The notes under the pieces: model-generated
The model's database searches: none
Told to the model about the DNA's origin: nothing
What the model saw: the letters and a program-made list of their open reading frames with translations, nothing else
Made by a program: the position numbers and the translations under genes
In this document: piece by piece, positions 55,767 through 64,000 of the stretch
Layout: each line of letters begins with the position of its first letter
How positions within the stretch are numbered: position 1 is the stretch's first letter
IMG/VR virus record: IMGVR_UViG_3300028800_000094
Location: 1,204-65,203 of that record
Strand: one strand, 5' to 3'
DNA from: a virus
Lineage: Duplodnaviria > Caudoviricetes
DNA: 64,000 nt

Positions 55767-56376
55767 AACACCTGAAGAGGCTTTAGACATCGAAGCCGCG
55801 CCGGAGGCGGGCGCCTCCGATGTCCAGCGTGCCAAGGATATGGCCGACAAGGCCATAGCTATCGAGGCCGAGATAGCCGCGCTCGAAGAACAGATCAAAG
55901 GCAAGCGCGCGGCGTTGTCAGCGATCGTCGAGGGCTCGCTCGTCGAACTGATGAAGAGTGCGAACCTCAACGACTTCACCCTTGACGACAAAACGAAGGT
56001 GAAGCTCAACCGCATCATTCGGGCCTCGGTTCCAAAGAACGACGAGACCGGGCAGGCCGACCAAACCAGGTATCAGGCCGGCCTCGACTACATTATCTCG
56101 CTCGGCCAAGACGGAATGATCAAGCGCACATTCACCATTTTCTTCGGCAGGGCCGATGTCGCCTGGGCTAAGAAGTTCCAGCGCGATATGGCGCAGCGCA
56201 AGAAGCCGCTCGACTATGAGATGGCCGAGTGGGTCGAGCCCGGCACGCTGTCGAAGTTCGTACGCGACACCATCCTGGCCGGCGGCGAAATCGATAAGAC
56301 CAAGCTGTCGATCCTCGATAAGACAGTGGTCGAGATCAAGCCGCCACGCGCGAAGAAGGCCGACTCAATCGAATAA
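55744..56376 (+). CDS. conserved replication-module protein
   Basis: Coiled coil plus L.ELM...FTL.D...V.P.TL.KFV pattern; upstream of SSB. Confidence 0.7.
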   Translation: MNQLRNAKTPEEALDIEAAPEAGASDVQRAKDMADKAIAIEAEIAALEEQIKGKRAALSAIVEGSLVELMKSANLNDFTLDDKTKVKLNRIIRASVPKNDETGQADQTRYQAGLDYIISLGQDGMIKRTFTIFFGRADVAWAKKFQRDMAQRKKPLDYEMAEWVEPGTLSKFVRDTILAGGEIDKTKLSILDKTVVEIKPPRAKKADSIE

Positions 56377-56440
56377 CGGAATCGTTGATCGCTGGCGCAA
56401 CGCTAAATAATGCCAGCACCACATATGAAGGAAAAGCACT

Positions 56441-57433
56441 ATGAATAACCCGAACAAAAAGCACGATGACAAGCAGACCGAAACGAAGGAAGAAACCCAT
56501 ATCGAACCGCCGGCTCCCGAAGCAGCCAGCGCTCCCCCTGCCACCGTCGAAGAGTCGGCGACAGGGACAGCGCTCGCCGCCTACGATTTCGGCGACGACG
56601 CCGGATCGGGAATGGAGAACGTCACGCGGGACGAATACAAGATCCCGTTCATTCGCGTGCTCCAGCAGATGTCGCCGCAATGCGCACCGCCGATCAACGG
56701 CGGCGTCGAGGGCGCCAAGCCCGGCATGTTCTTTAACACCGCTACCGGCGAGATTCACGACGCGCTGATCGTGGTGCCGACCAGCCGCGATCATAACTTC
56801 GTGAAGTATAACCGGCGCAAGGAAGACGGCGGAAACAACGAGGGCTTTATTCAGATCTACGCGCCCGACGATCCGATCATTCTTATGCTCCGCGAGAAGC
56901 AGGGCAAGTTCGGGAAGCTGCTGCCGGGCGACACGCCGCCGACCGAAATCGCCGAGACTATGTATCTCTATAGCCTCGTCGCTCCCGCGACCAAGGAAGG
57001 CAAGGCCCTCGGAACCTTCTTCCGGTGCATCCTGGCGTTCACGTCGACGCAGATCCCGAAATACCAGACTTTCGTGTCGCGCTATATGGGCATCCAGTAT
57101 GAGGTTCGGCCGAACGAGTTTGTTCGGCCACCGCTCTGGGCGCACAAATGGTTCTTCACCACGGTCTACGAGACCAAGAAGAAGGGCTCGATCTACGGCT
57201 ACCGCATCACCCTGTTCGGCCGTAACGAGGACAATACGGAATCGAAGGAGAAGTCGCTGATCAAGCGTACCGATCCGCTCTACCTCGACGGCAAAGCCTT
57301 TTACGAGTCGATCAAGAAGGGCGACGTCAAGGCCGACTACTCGCAGGCCGGCGCCGGGCAGGACGAACCGGGCGCGTCGGAGCCGAACAACGGCTCGGGC
57401 GCGGCCAATCCTGACGACGACGTGCCGTTCTAG
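56441..57433 (+). CDS. single-stranded DNA-binding/annealing protein (putative)
   Basis: G.EN....D..IPF..LQ..SPQ....GAKPG.F.N pattern; acidic DDDVPF tail. Confidence 0.7.
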   Translation: MNNPNKKHDDKQTETKEETHIEPPAPEAASAPPATVEESATGTALAAYDFGDDAGSGMENVTRDEYKIPFIRVLQQMSPQCAPPINGGVEGAKPGMFFNTATGEIHDALIVVPTSRDHNFVKYNRRKEDGGNNEGFIQIYAPDDPIILMLREKQGKFGKLLPGDTPPTEIAETMYLYSLVAPATKEGKALGTFFRCILAFTSTQIPKYQTFVSRYMGIQYEVRPNEFVRPPLWAHKWFFTTVYETKKKGSIYGYRITLFGRNEDNTESKEKSLIKRTDPLYLDGKAFYESIKKGDVKADYSQAGAGQDEPGASEPNNGSGAANPDDDVPF

Positions 57434-57506
57434 CCCGTAATAAGTAAGGCCGCCACAGCCCTAAAAACGGGGCTGTGGCGAACGCTTTAAGGGTAGGGAC
57501 GGGCCA

Positions 57507-59066
57507 GTGGTAGAGCCAAGCGCAGACGCACAACGATTGCACCAGCTATTCGCCGGGCTTGAGCGCGCGCACGGCTACTATTCGGTCGACGGCAAGCCTA
57601 ACGAAAAGGGAAAGATCGAGGGCACCCGTTATACGGTTAAAGAGCCCGTTACCGATGAGAAGTGGCAGCGCCACCTCGACGGAATCTATAACACCTTTCC
57701 CTACGGCCTGGGCATCGTTCCGGTGCGGGACGACGGCACCGTTATGTTCGGTGCGATCGATATCGACGTCTATAAGGGGCTCGACCTTAAAAAGCTGGCG
57801 CAGCGGAGCAAGGAATTCGGCCTCCCGCTAATCGTATGCCGTACGAAATCAGGGGGGGCGCATCTCTACCTGTTCCTGAGCGAGCCGGCTCCGGCCGCCC
57901 TGGTGCGCGCCAAGCTGGCGGCATGGGCGGAGGCACTCGACCACAAGGGCGTCGAAATCTTCCCTAAGCAGGACTCGCCCGGCGACTCCGAGGACAAGCG
58001 CTACGGCAACTGGATCAACATACCCTATCAGGCGGGCGAGAAGACCACCCGCTTCGCCGTAAAGGACGGAAAGCGATTAACCCTCGCCGACTTCTTCGAC
58101 TACGTCGACGCGATGAAGGTAAGCCCCGAGGAACTGGAGGGCATCGACCCCATAATTCAAGGCGAGGACGACGATCTCTTTTGGGGCGCACCCCCCTGCC
58201 TCAAGGCGCTGGTCGCGCGTGGCCCCATAGTGGACTTCCGCAATAATTTTATGTTTAGCATCGCCGTTTACCTCAAACGGCGATACGGCCCGGATGCCGT
58301 CGTCGAAAAGGCCCGACTCTACAATTCGCTCTTTTGCTCTCCTCCTCTGGATGGAACGGAACTTGATCAGCTCGCACTGTCGGCTACGAAAAAGAGTTAT
58401 TCGTACAAGTGCAAAGACAATCCGATCCTCCCCGTTTGCGATAAGAAGGTCTGCTGCACTGTTGAGTTTGGCGTCGGCGGCGAACGCGGCGCCGACTCAA
58501 CCGAATTGCAATTCGGTAAACTCCAGAAGCTGCTAACCGACCCCCCGCTCTACATATGGGAGATCAACGAGGCGCGGGTGGAGCTATCGGCATCTGATCT
58601 CTTGACGCAGCGCGCGTTTCAGGTTCGCGCGTTTGAGGCCACCGATAAGATCATGCCGCCGCTCAAGCCGAAGGTGTGGCGCGAGTATTTGGAGGCCGCC
58701 GTTTCCGCAATGACGACCATAGAAGTCCCGGACGACGCCACGCGATCAGGCTTGGTCTGGGTACATTTGCATCAGTGGTGCACTTCCCGAGTAACTGCTC
58801 GTTCTAAGGATGAGCTTTTACTTGGTAAGCCCTGGACTGAAGAAGGTCGAACCTTCTTCAGTCCACTGGGTTTTTTATCGCATCTTTCGTCGCATAAGGT
58901 TGCCTGCGGCGAGCGTGATCTATATCGTTTCCTCCTAGAGCGCGGGGTTCAAAGCCATACCGAGACGATCAAGGGAAAGAGGATCAGCTTCTGGTCAATC
59001 CCCGAATTTACGCTCCAGGTCGAGCCATTTGAGGTTCCCCGAGTTGAACCCGAGGGACAAATGTGA
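57507..59066 (+). CDS. archaeo-eukaryotic-type primase with Cys-rich C-terminal domain
   Basis: GAIDID, TKSGGAHLY, EIFPKQ, GNWINIPY and PPC...RNN motifs. Confidence 0.85.
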   Translation: MVEPSADAQRLHQLFAGLERAHGYYSVDGKPNEKGKIEGTRYTVKEPVTDEKWQRHLDGIYNTFPYGLGIVPVRDDGTVMFGAIDIDVYKGLDLKKLAQRSKEFGLPLIVCRTKSGGAHLYLFLSEPAPAALVRAKLAAWAEALDHKGVEIFPKQDSPGDSEDKRYGNWINIPYQAGEKTTRFAVKDGKRLTLADFFDYVDAMKVSPEELEGIDPIIQGEDDDLFWGAPPCLKALVARGPIVDFRNNFMFSIAVYLKRRYGPDAVVEKARLYNSLFCSPPLDGTELDQLALSATKKSYSYKCKDNPILPVCDKKVCCTVEFGVGGERGADSTELQFGKLQKLLTDPPLYIWEINEARVELSASDLLTQRAFQVRAFEATDKIMPPLKPKVWREYLEAAVSAMTTIEVPDDATRSGLVWVHLHQWCTSRVTARSKDELLLGKPWTEEGRTFFSPLGFLSHLSSHKVACGERDLYRFLLERGVQSHTETIKGKRISFWSIPEFTLQVEPFEVPRVEPEGQM

Positions 59067-60124
59067 TGGATGATTTCGGACCACCTCCAGAGTTAATATG
59101 GATCGACGTTGAGGATCTCTTTATCGATCCGCGATTCCAGCGTTCGATTGCGGAAGCGCGAGGAGAGCGGCTCGTCGCTCGCATCGCGGCAAACTTTCGC
59201 TGGAGCGTATTCGGGGCGATCCTCGTCACCCGCCTGGAAGATGGTCGCTATTCGGTAATCGACGGCCAGCACCGCATCGCTGCCGCCAAGAAGCGTGGGA
59301 TCCGCCAAGTGCCGGCGGTCGTCGTGGCGCTTTTAAACCTAGCCGAGCAGGCCGAGTCCTTCGTTCGGGCGAACGCCGACCGTGTCCAGGTAAACCCCTA
59401 CGCGCTATGGAAGGCCCGGCTTGCGGCCGGGGAGCCTGAGTGGATTGACTTCAAGGCAGCGCTCGATAAGGCCAAGATTGACGTGCCTTTTTATACTATG
59501 GCCAAGCGCGAATTAAAACCTAACCAGACGCTGTCGCTCACGACGCTTAAAACGATTTTCGACACCCACGGCGATGAAACATTTCAGCTCATTGTTACCG
59601 CAGTGCGGGAAGGCTTTCGGGGGTGCAGGGGGGAGTTAGGCGTCAGCGTGATCACGGCTGCGGCGATGCTGATTACCAGCCCGGTGGTCTTTGCGCTTCG
59701 GAAAAAGATGGCGATCGAGGTGCAGGCTTCTTTACAGAAGATGGGGCCGGAAGTTTTTAACAAAATAATGCGGGAACGGCGCCCTTTTGAGTCGACATAT
59801 ATCGACGCCGCAGTTTACGCTATTAAAGCCGGGATGCAGATGCCGGTAAAGAATAGGGTCGAGCCACGCGCACCGGAGCCGATTTCACACTCCGAGCAGT
59901 CGAAGCCGCCGGTCCAGGCTCGGCCCTTACCTCCACATCATGAATGCCTTAGCACCCTAAAAGAATTCGGGCACTGGGTTGTCCGCGCGAAGTATCCGCG
60001 TGGCAGCAATATCTGGCAAATGAATGGTGGAGCCCTCATCACTACCCTTGAGTTATACCGGCGCGCGAACACCGAATTGGAGCGTCGTGGTCGTCCCAAG
60101 CTTTCCATAGGAGCCTCCAAATGA
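59063..60124 (+). CDS. ParB/Srx-like N-terminal domain protein
   Basis: ID..FQR...I...F.W..FG.....VIDGQHR..AA motif. Confidence 0.8.
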   Translation: MMDDFGPPPELIWIDVEDLFIDPRFQRSIAEARGERLVARIAANFRWSVFGAILVTRLEDGRYSVIDGQHRIAAAKKRGIRQVPAVVVALLNLAEQAESFVRANADRVQVNPYALWKARLAAGEPEWIDFKAALDKAKIDVPFYTMAKRELKPNQTLSLTTLKTIFDTHGDETFQLIVTAVREGFRGCRGELGVSVITAAAMLITSPVVFALRKKMAIEVQASLQKMGPEVFNKIMRERRPFESTYIDAAVYAIKAGMQMPVKNRVEPRAPEPISHSEQSKPPVQARPLPPHHECLSTLKEFGHWVVRAKYPRGSNIWQMNGGALITTLELYRRANTELERRGRPKLSIGASK

Positions 60125-62403
60125 ATTTATCGAAAATAGCCCAGCGCATCTGGGACGAAAAATATCGTTTCAAACGTCTTACCGACAACGGCGATTTCGT
60201 CGTTGTCGATAAGACATTGCAGGACACCTGGGGACGTGTCGCCCGCGCCCTGGCTTCCGCCGAGCTGCCCAGCGTAAGAGACCATTACGAAACTGAATTC
60301 TTTAAGGCCATGGAGGACTTCAAAGTCTTGCCGGCGGGCCGAATTATTGCCGGCGCCGGAACTGGTCGCCAAGTCACTTTGATGAATTGTTTTGTAAACG
60401 GTGACATCCCCGACGATCTCGCAGGTATCTTTGAGCATTTGAAAGAAGCCGCAATTACTATGCAGCAGGGTGGCGGCATAGGGTACGACTTTAGTACCTT
60501 ACGCCCTAAAGGCGCTCCCGTTCGCGGTGTCGAAGCCGACGCGTCTGGACCGATCAGTTTTATGGACGTCTGGGATTCGATGTGCAGGACTATTATGAGC
60601 GCCGGCACACGGCGCGGCGCAATGATGGCTACCATGCGCTGTGACCACCCGGATATCGAAGCCTTTATCGATGCCAAGCAAGACGCCGGCCGCCTGCGGA
60701 TGTTCAATCTCTCGGTCCTCTGCACCGATCCTTTCATGGACGCGGTCGGAGACGGAAGAGCCTTCGACCTTGTATTTGGTGGAAAGGTTTACAAGACGAT
60801 CCATGCCCGCGATCTCTGGGACCGTATTATGCGGGCGACCTACGCAGCGGCCGAGCCCGGCGTGATCTTCATCGATCAAATCAATCATCGCAATAACCTC
60901 CATTACTGCGAAACAATCCGGTCGACGAATCCATGCGGCGAGCAGCCGTTGCCGCCCTATGGCACGTGCCTGCTGGGCTCGCTCAATCTGGCTCGACTGG
61001 TACGGGAGCCTTTTACGAGAGAGGCCCACATTAAAGCCGGCGATATCGAGGATCTCGTCACCACGGCCGTTCGTATGCTTGACAACGTCATCGATATTTC
61101 CGGCTACCCGCACCCGAAACAACGCCAGGAGGCATTCGACAAGCGTCGCATCGGCCTCGGCGTAACCGGCCTCGCCGACGCCCTCGCTATGTGCGGGGTT
61201 CGCTACGGATCCAGTGGGGCCATCACTCTTACTTCATCGTGGATGACGCTATTCGAGTGTGCCGCTTATAGAGCGTCGGCGATGCTCGCCAAAGAAAAAG
61301 GAAGATTCCCACTTTTTATCGAGAAAGAATATCTCGAAGGCGTCCACATCAAGCATCTTCCGACCGAGATTCGTGAGCTTATTCACAAGCACGGTATTCG
61401 CAACGCACTCCTCACATCGATCGCACCGACCGGAACCATTTCACTATTCGCCGACAACCCGTCCTCTGGCATCGAGCCGATCTTCGACTTCGGTTACAGT
61501 CGAACCATCTTAAAACCGGACGGCTCCAAAGATGTTGAGCAGGTCATGGACTACGCGGTTCGCCTTTACGAGGAGGCGAACCCCATAGGCCCCCTCCCCC
61601 CTGCCTTCGTGACCGCAGCCCAGCTTACTCCGGCCGACCACCTCGGCATGCAGGCCGTCGTGCAGGAGCACATTGACTCCTCGATTTCGAAGACCATAAA
61701 CCTACCGGAAAACATCACCTTCGAATCTTTCAAGGATATCTACCGGCAGGCTTACCTCCTGGGATGCAAGGGCTGCACAACTTACCGCCCGAACGATATC
61801 ACCGGCTCGATCCTTTCTTCTTCCTCGATGACTATGGACGAAGCCGTTGAGCCGACCGGCACGCTTCCTGATATCATAGAGCCAATCACTCGCGGCGACG
61901 TCGTTCCCGGCGAGACCTATAAACTGACGTGGCCCGAATCCGAGCACGCCCTATACCTTACGATCAACGACGTTGTCGTTGACGGAATCAAAAGACCGAT
62001 CGAGGTCTTCGTAAACTCCAAAAATATGGAGCACTTCACGTGGACGGTCGCCCTTACCCGAATGATCTCAGCTATCTTTAGGCAGGGGGGTGACGTCGCT
62101 TTCGTGGCCGAAGAGCTGAAAAATGTTTTCGATCCTCGCGGTGGTGCTTGGATTGAAAAGAAGTACGTCCCGTCCATCGTTGCTTTGATCGGCGAGAAGA
62201 TCGAGGATCACTTGCGGAAGATCGGGTGGTACGAGGACGTCGAAGCCGAGGTAATGGCCGACAAGGCTGTAGCGTTTGAAGACAAGCACCGCGAGCTTAC
62301 CGGCCGCCCCGGCGACTGGTGTCCGAAGTGCCACCGCCCGACGCTCGTCCACAAGGAAGGGTGCGCCGAGTGCACCGGTTGCGATTATTCAAAGTGTTCT
62401 TAA
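60121..62403 (+). CDS. nrdJ: class II (adenosylcobalamin-dependent) ribonucleotide reductase
   Basis: PAGRI.AGAG, NCF, TNPCGEQPL, IAPTGTIS, SISKTIN and C-terminal CxxC..CxxC..SKC; no nrdB in window. Confidence 0.93.
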   Translation: MNLSKIAQRIWDEKYRFKRLTDNGDFVVVDKTLQDTWGRVARALASAELPSVRDHYETEFFKAMEDFKVLPAGRIIAGAGTGRQVTLMNCFVNGDIPDDLAGIFEHLKEAAITMQQGGGIGYDFSTLRPKGAPVRGVEADASGPISFMDVWDSMCRTIMSAGTRRGAMMATMRCDHPDIEAFIDAKQDAGRLRMFNLSVLCTDPFMDAVGDGRAFDLVFGGKVYKTIHARDLWDRIMRATYAAAEPGVIFIDQINHRNNLHYCETIRSTNPCGEQPLPPYGTCLLGSLNLARLVREPFTREAHIKAGDIEDLVTTAVRMLDNVIDISGYPHPKQRQEAFDKRRIGLGVTGLADALAMCGVRYGSSGAITLTSSWMTLFECAAYRASAMLAKEKGRFPLFIEKEYLEGVHIKHLPTEIRELIHKHGIRNALLTSIAPTGTISLFADNPSSGIEPIFDFGYSRTILKPDGSKDVEQVMDYAVRLYEEANPIGPLPPAFVTAAQLTPADHLGMQAVVQEHIDSSISKTINLPENITFESFKDIYRQAYLLGCKGCTTYRPNDITGSILSSSSMTMDEAVEPTGTLPDIIEPITRGDVVPGETYKLTWPESEHALYLTINDVVVDGIKRPIEVFVNSKNMEHFTWTVALTRMISAIFRQGGDVAFVAEELKNVFDPRGGAWIEKKYVPSIVALIGEKIEDHLRKIGWYEDVEAEVMADKAVAFEDKHRELTGRPGDWCPKCHRPTLVHKEGCAECTGCDYSKCS

Positions 62404-62419
62404 CCAAGGAGTTTAAGAT

Positions 62420-62749
62420 ATGACCAAGGCATCCCCGACTCGTATTGCCAAGCGCACCGTCGCCGACGAGGCCGGCGTAAATAAAGATCCGGCGCCCGAT
62501 GCTGCTGCGAAAACCATACCGGCCAATGACGTGAAAGAAGCTTCGCCGGTGGCTCCTACGAAGGAGCCACCGCCGTTTATGATGCTCGACGTCGATCGGA
62601 GTCGGGCGTTGTTCGACTGGGCTATGATCAAGCAGATTGCCGGCGAGGTTCAGCGGCTTCCCCCTGACTTCCCGGTCACTGGACCGGCGCAGACGGCGCT
62701 GGTACTCTGGCTCGCCCACCAGCAGCTCTCGGTCCACTTCCAAAAGTAG
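62420..62749 (+). CDS. hypothetical protein
   Basis: AAGGAG RBS. Confidence 0.55.
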   Translation: MTKASPTRIAKRTVADEAGVNKDPAPDAAAKTIPANDVKEASPVAPTKEPPPFMMLDVDRSRALFDWAMIKQIAGEVQRLPPDFPVTGPAQTALVLWLAHQQLSVHFQK

Positions 62750-62943
62750 GAGCCATCATGGAACGGATAGGAGGCCACTGTGATCGTCACGATTAAACGG
62801 ATGCGCCCGAGGGTGGCCTCTTACTTATGTTGAGCGCGATCTGTGGCTGCATACCGCCGAGGGCACAAACAAGCCTGGGCACAAATGCTATTCAACATCC
62901 ATCCTCGCCCTGCTCGGCGCGGCACGTAACTAGGGAGCCCTTT

Positions 62944-63207
62944 ATGCGCATCAACATTTACAGCCAAGAGCTTACCAGTGAAGTCGTAACGGTCGAGAAG
63001 GTCAGCAACACCGGGCTAACATATAGCGCGGTGCAAATGATTCTGCATTCGTCGCCCAGGCTGCATCACCCGCCGCAGGACGACGACCGCAGCGCCGTTA
63101 CTTTTTGGCTCCCGAAGTCCGTGGAGCGGCGAGAGGAACTGGCGACGGTATTCGAGCTGATGGCCGCGAAGGTACGCGCGGCAAAACCCGAGACCGGCCT
63201 CGACTAG
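62944..63207 (+). CDS. conserved hypothetical protein
   Basis: GGGAG RBS before ATG 62944; MRINIYSQELT...DDDRSAVTFW. Confidence 0.65.
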   Translation: MRINIYSQELTSEVVTVEKVSNTGLTYSAVQMILHSSPRLHHPPQDDDRSAVTFWLPKSVERREELATVFELMAAKVRAAKPETGLD

Positions 63208-63208
63208 G

Positions 63209-63982
63209 ATGAAGCAGACCCTCGTACTTGGCGGTCCAGGTGCCGGAAAAACAACCCGGCTCCTTGGTGTGATGGAGGCGGCCTTGGAACGGGGGATTCA
63301 CCCGTCCAAGGTCGCGTTCGTAGCCTTTACGAACGCCGCAGCCGACGAGGCCCGGAACCGCGCCCGAGCGCGTTTTGGGCTAACTGATGAAGACCTGCCT
63401 CTCTTTAGGACGATCCACTCGCTCTGCTTCCGCGAGATGGGGCTGCGCCGTTCCGACGTACTAGGCGAATCCGGCCTGGGCGAATTCGCCGAAATATGCG
63501 GAGAGCTAAGAGATGATGAAGATACTGACGGCCCTGCCACACGACTTTCAGCATCGCACCTCCTTACACTGGACCATTACGCAAGGACGACTCGTCTTAC
63601 GATCCGTCAAGCCTGGGAAGACCATGGTGCTTCGGTCGATTGGTTTCGACTCCTCCGCTTCTCGGAAGCCTATAAGGTTTACAAGCGGGATCGCGGCCTT
63701 ATCGATTTCACCGATATGCTCGATCAATACGCCCGGACAGGGGCACCCACGTCGGCCACGGTGGCGATCGTCGACGAAGCTCAAGATCTTACAAAGCTCC
63801 AATGGCGGTGCGTGGATATCGCCTTTCGCAAAGCGGATGAACTTTGGATAGGCGGTGACGACCTACAATGTCAGCCTGGATGGACGCTGGTAGAGACCAC
63901 CGGGGGGTTACGAAGGCTCGACAAGCTGAACCCTCAATCAGATCGTCTTTTAGCTTATTCTCGTGTCGACGCAATGGTCTAA
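63209..63982 (+). CDS. UvrD-like SF1 helicase N-terminal part ending in an intein N-fragment
   Basis: GGPGAGKTT, FT..AA.E, FRTIHSL, VDEAQDL and GDDLQ motifs, then CQPGWTLV... Confidence 0.88.
   Translation: MKQTLVLGGPGAGKTTRLLGVMEAALERGIHPSKVAFVAFTNAAADEARNRARARFGLTDEDLPLFRTIHSLCFREMGLRRSDVLGESGLGEFAEICGELRDDEDTDGPATRLSASHLLTLDHYARTTRLTIRQAWEDHGASVDWFRLLRFSEAYKVYKRDRGLIDFTDMLDQYARTGAPTSATVAIVDEAQDLTKLQWRCVDIAFRKADELWIGGDDLQCQPGWTLVETTGGLRRLDKLNPQSDRLLAYSRVDAMV
63869..63979 (+). mobile_element. intein N-terminal splicing fragment (37 aa) followed by TAA
   Basis: Block A-like CQPGWTLVETTGG...L..L replaces the residues expected after helicase motif III GDxxQ. Confidence 0.75.
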
Positions 63983-64000
63983 GGAAAAAGAAACGGTGGC

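Noticed and set aside
57451-57480. Hairpin after the SSB gene as an intrinsic terminator
   Set aside because: Strong stem but no adjacent U tract; function cannot be assigned.

Overview
The window is almost the whole genome of a GC-rich tailed dsDNA phage with a contractile tail. The host is probably an alphaproteobacterium (inference from gene families). The genome appears circularly permuted, because a UvrD-like helicase begins at 63209 and a matching C-terminus lies at 1-439. The + strand arms (1-18.7 kb and 51-64 kb) carry early and replication genes: DNA methyltransferase, sliding clamp, family A polymerase, DEDDh exonuclease, RtcB, acyl carrier protein, resolvase, two SF1 helicases, GHKL ATPase, SNF2 helicase, SSB, primase, ParB-like protein and class II RNR. 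The - strand arm (50.6-18.8 kb) is one late operon: NusG paralog, terminases, portal, head, neck, sheath/tube, baseplate, two tail fibres and lysis genes. I saw no integrase, tRNA or CRISPR array. Most unusual features: (1) an intein in the gpF head protein whose putative endonuclease is encoded on the opposite strand, fully nested in the intein; (2) an O-antigen-ligase/O-oligosaccharyltransferase-like gene next to an exported Pro/Thr/Ser-rich protein inside the head module; (3) three small ORFs sharing a VHIH...TRD leader with the prohead protease/scaffold; (4) an early-gene cassette array separated by covarying hairpins, plus a genome-wide start-associated motif; (5) a possibly split helicase intein; (6) a free-standing PolA fingers mini-protein; (7) an ops-like site ahead of the NusG paralog. 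All family assignments come from motif recognition by eye, not database searches.
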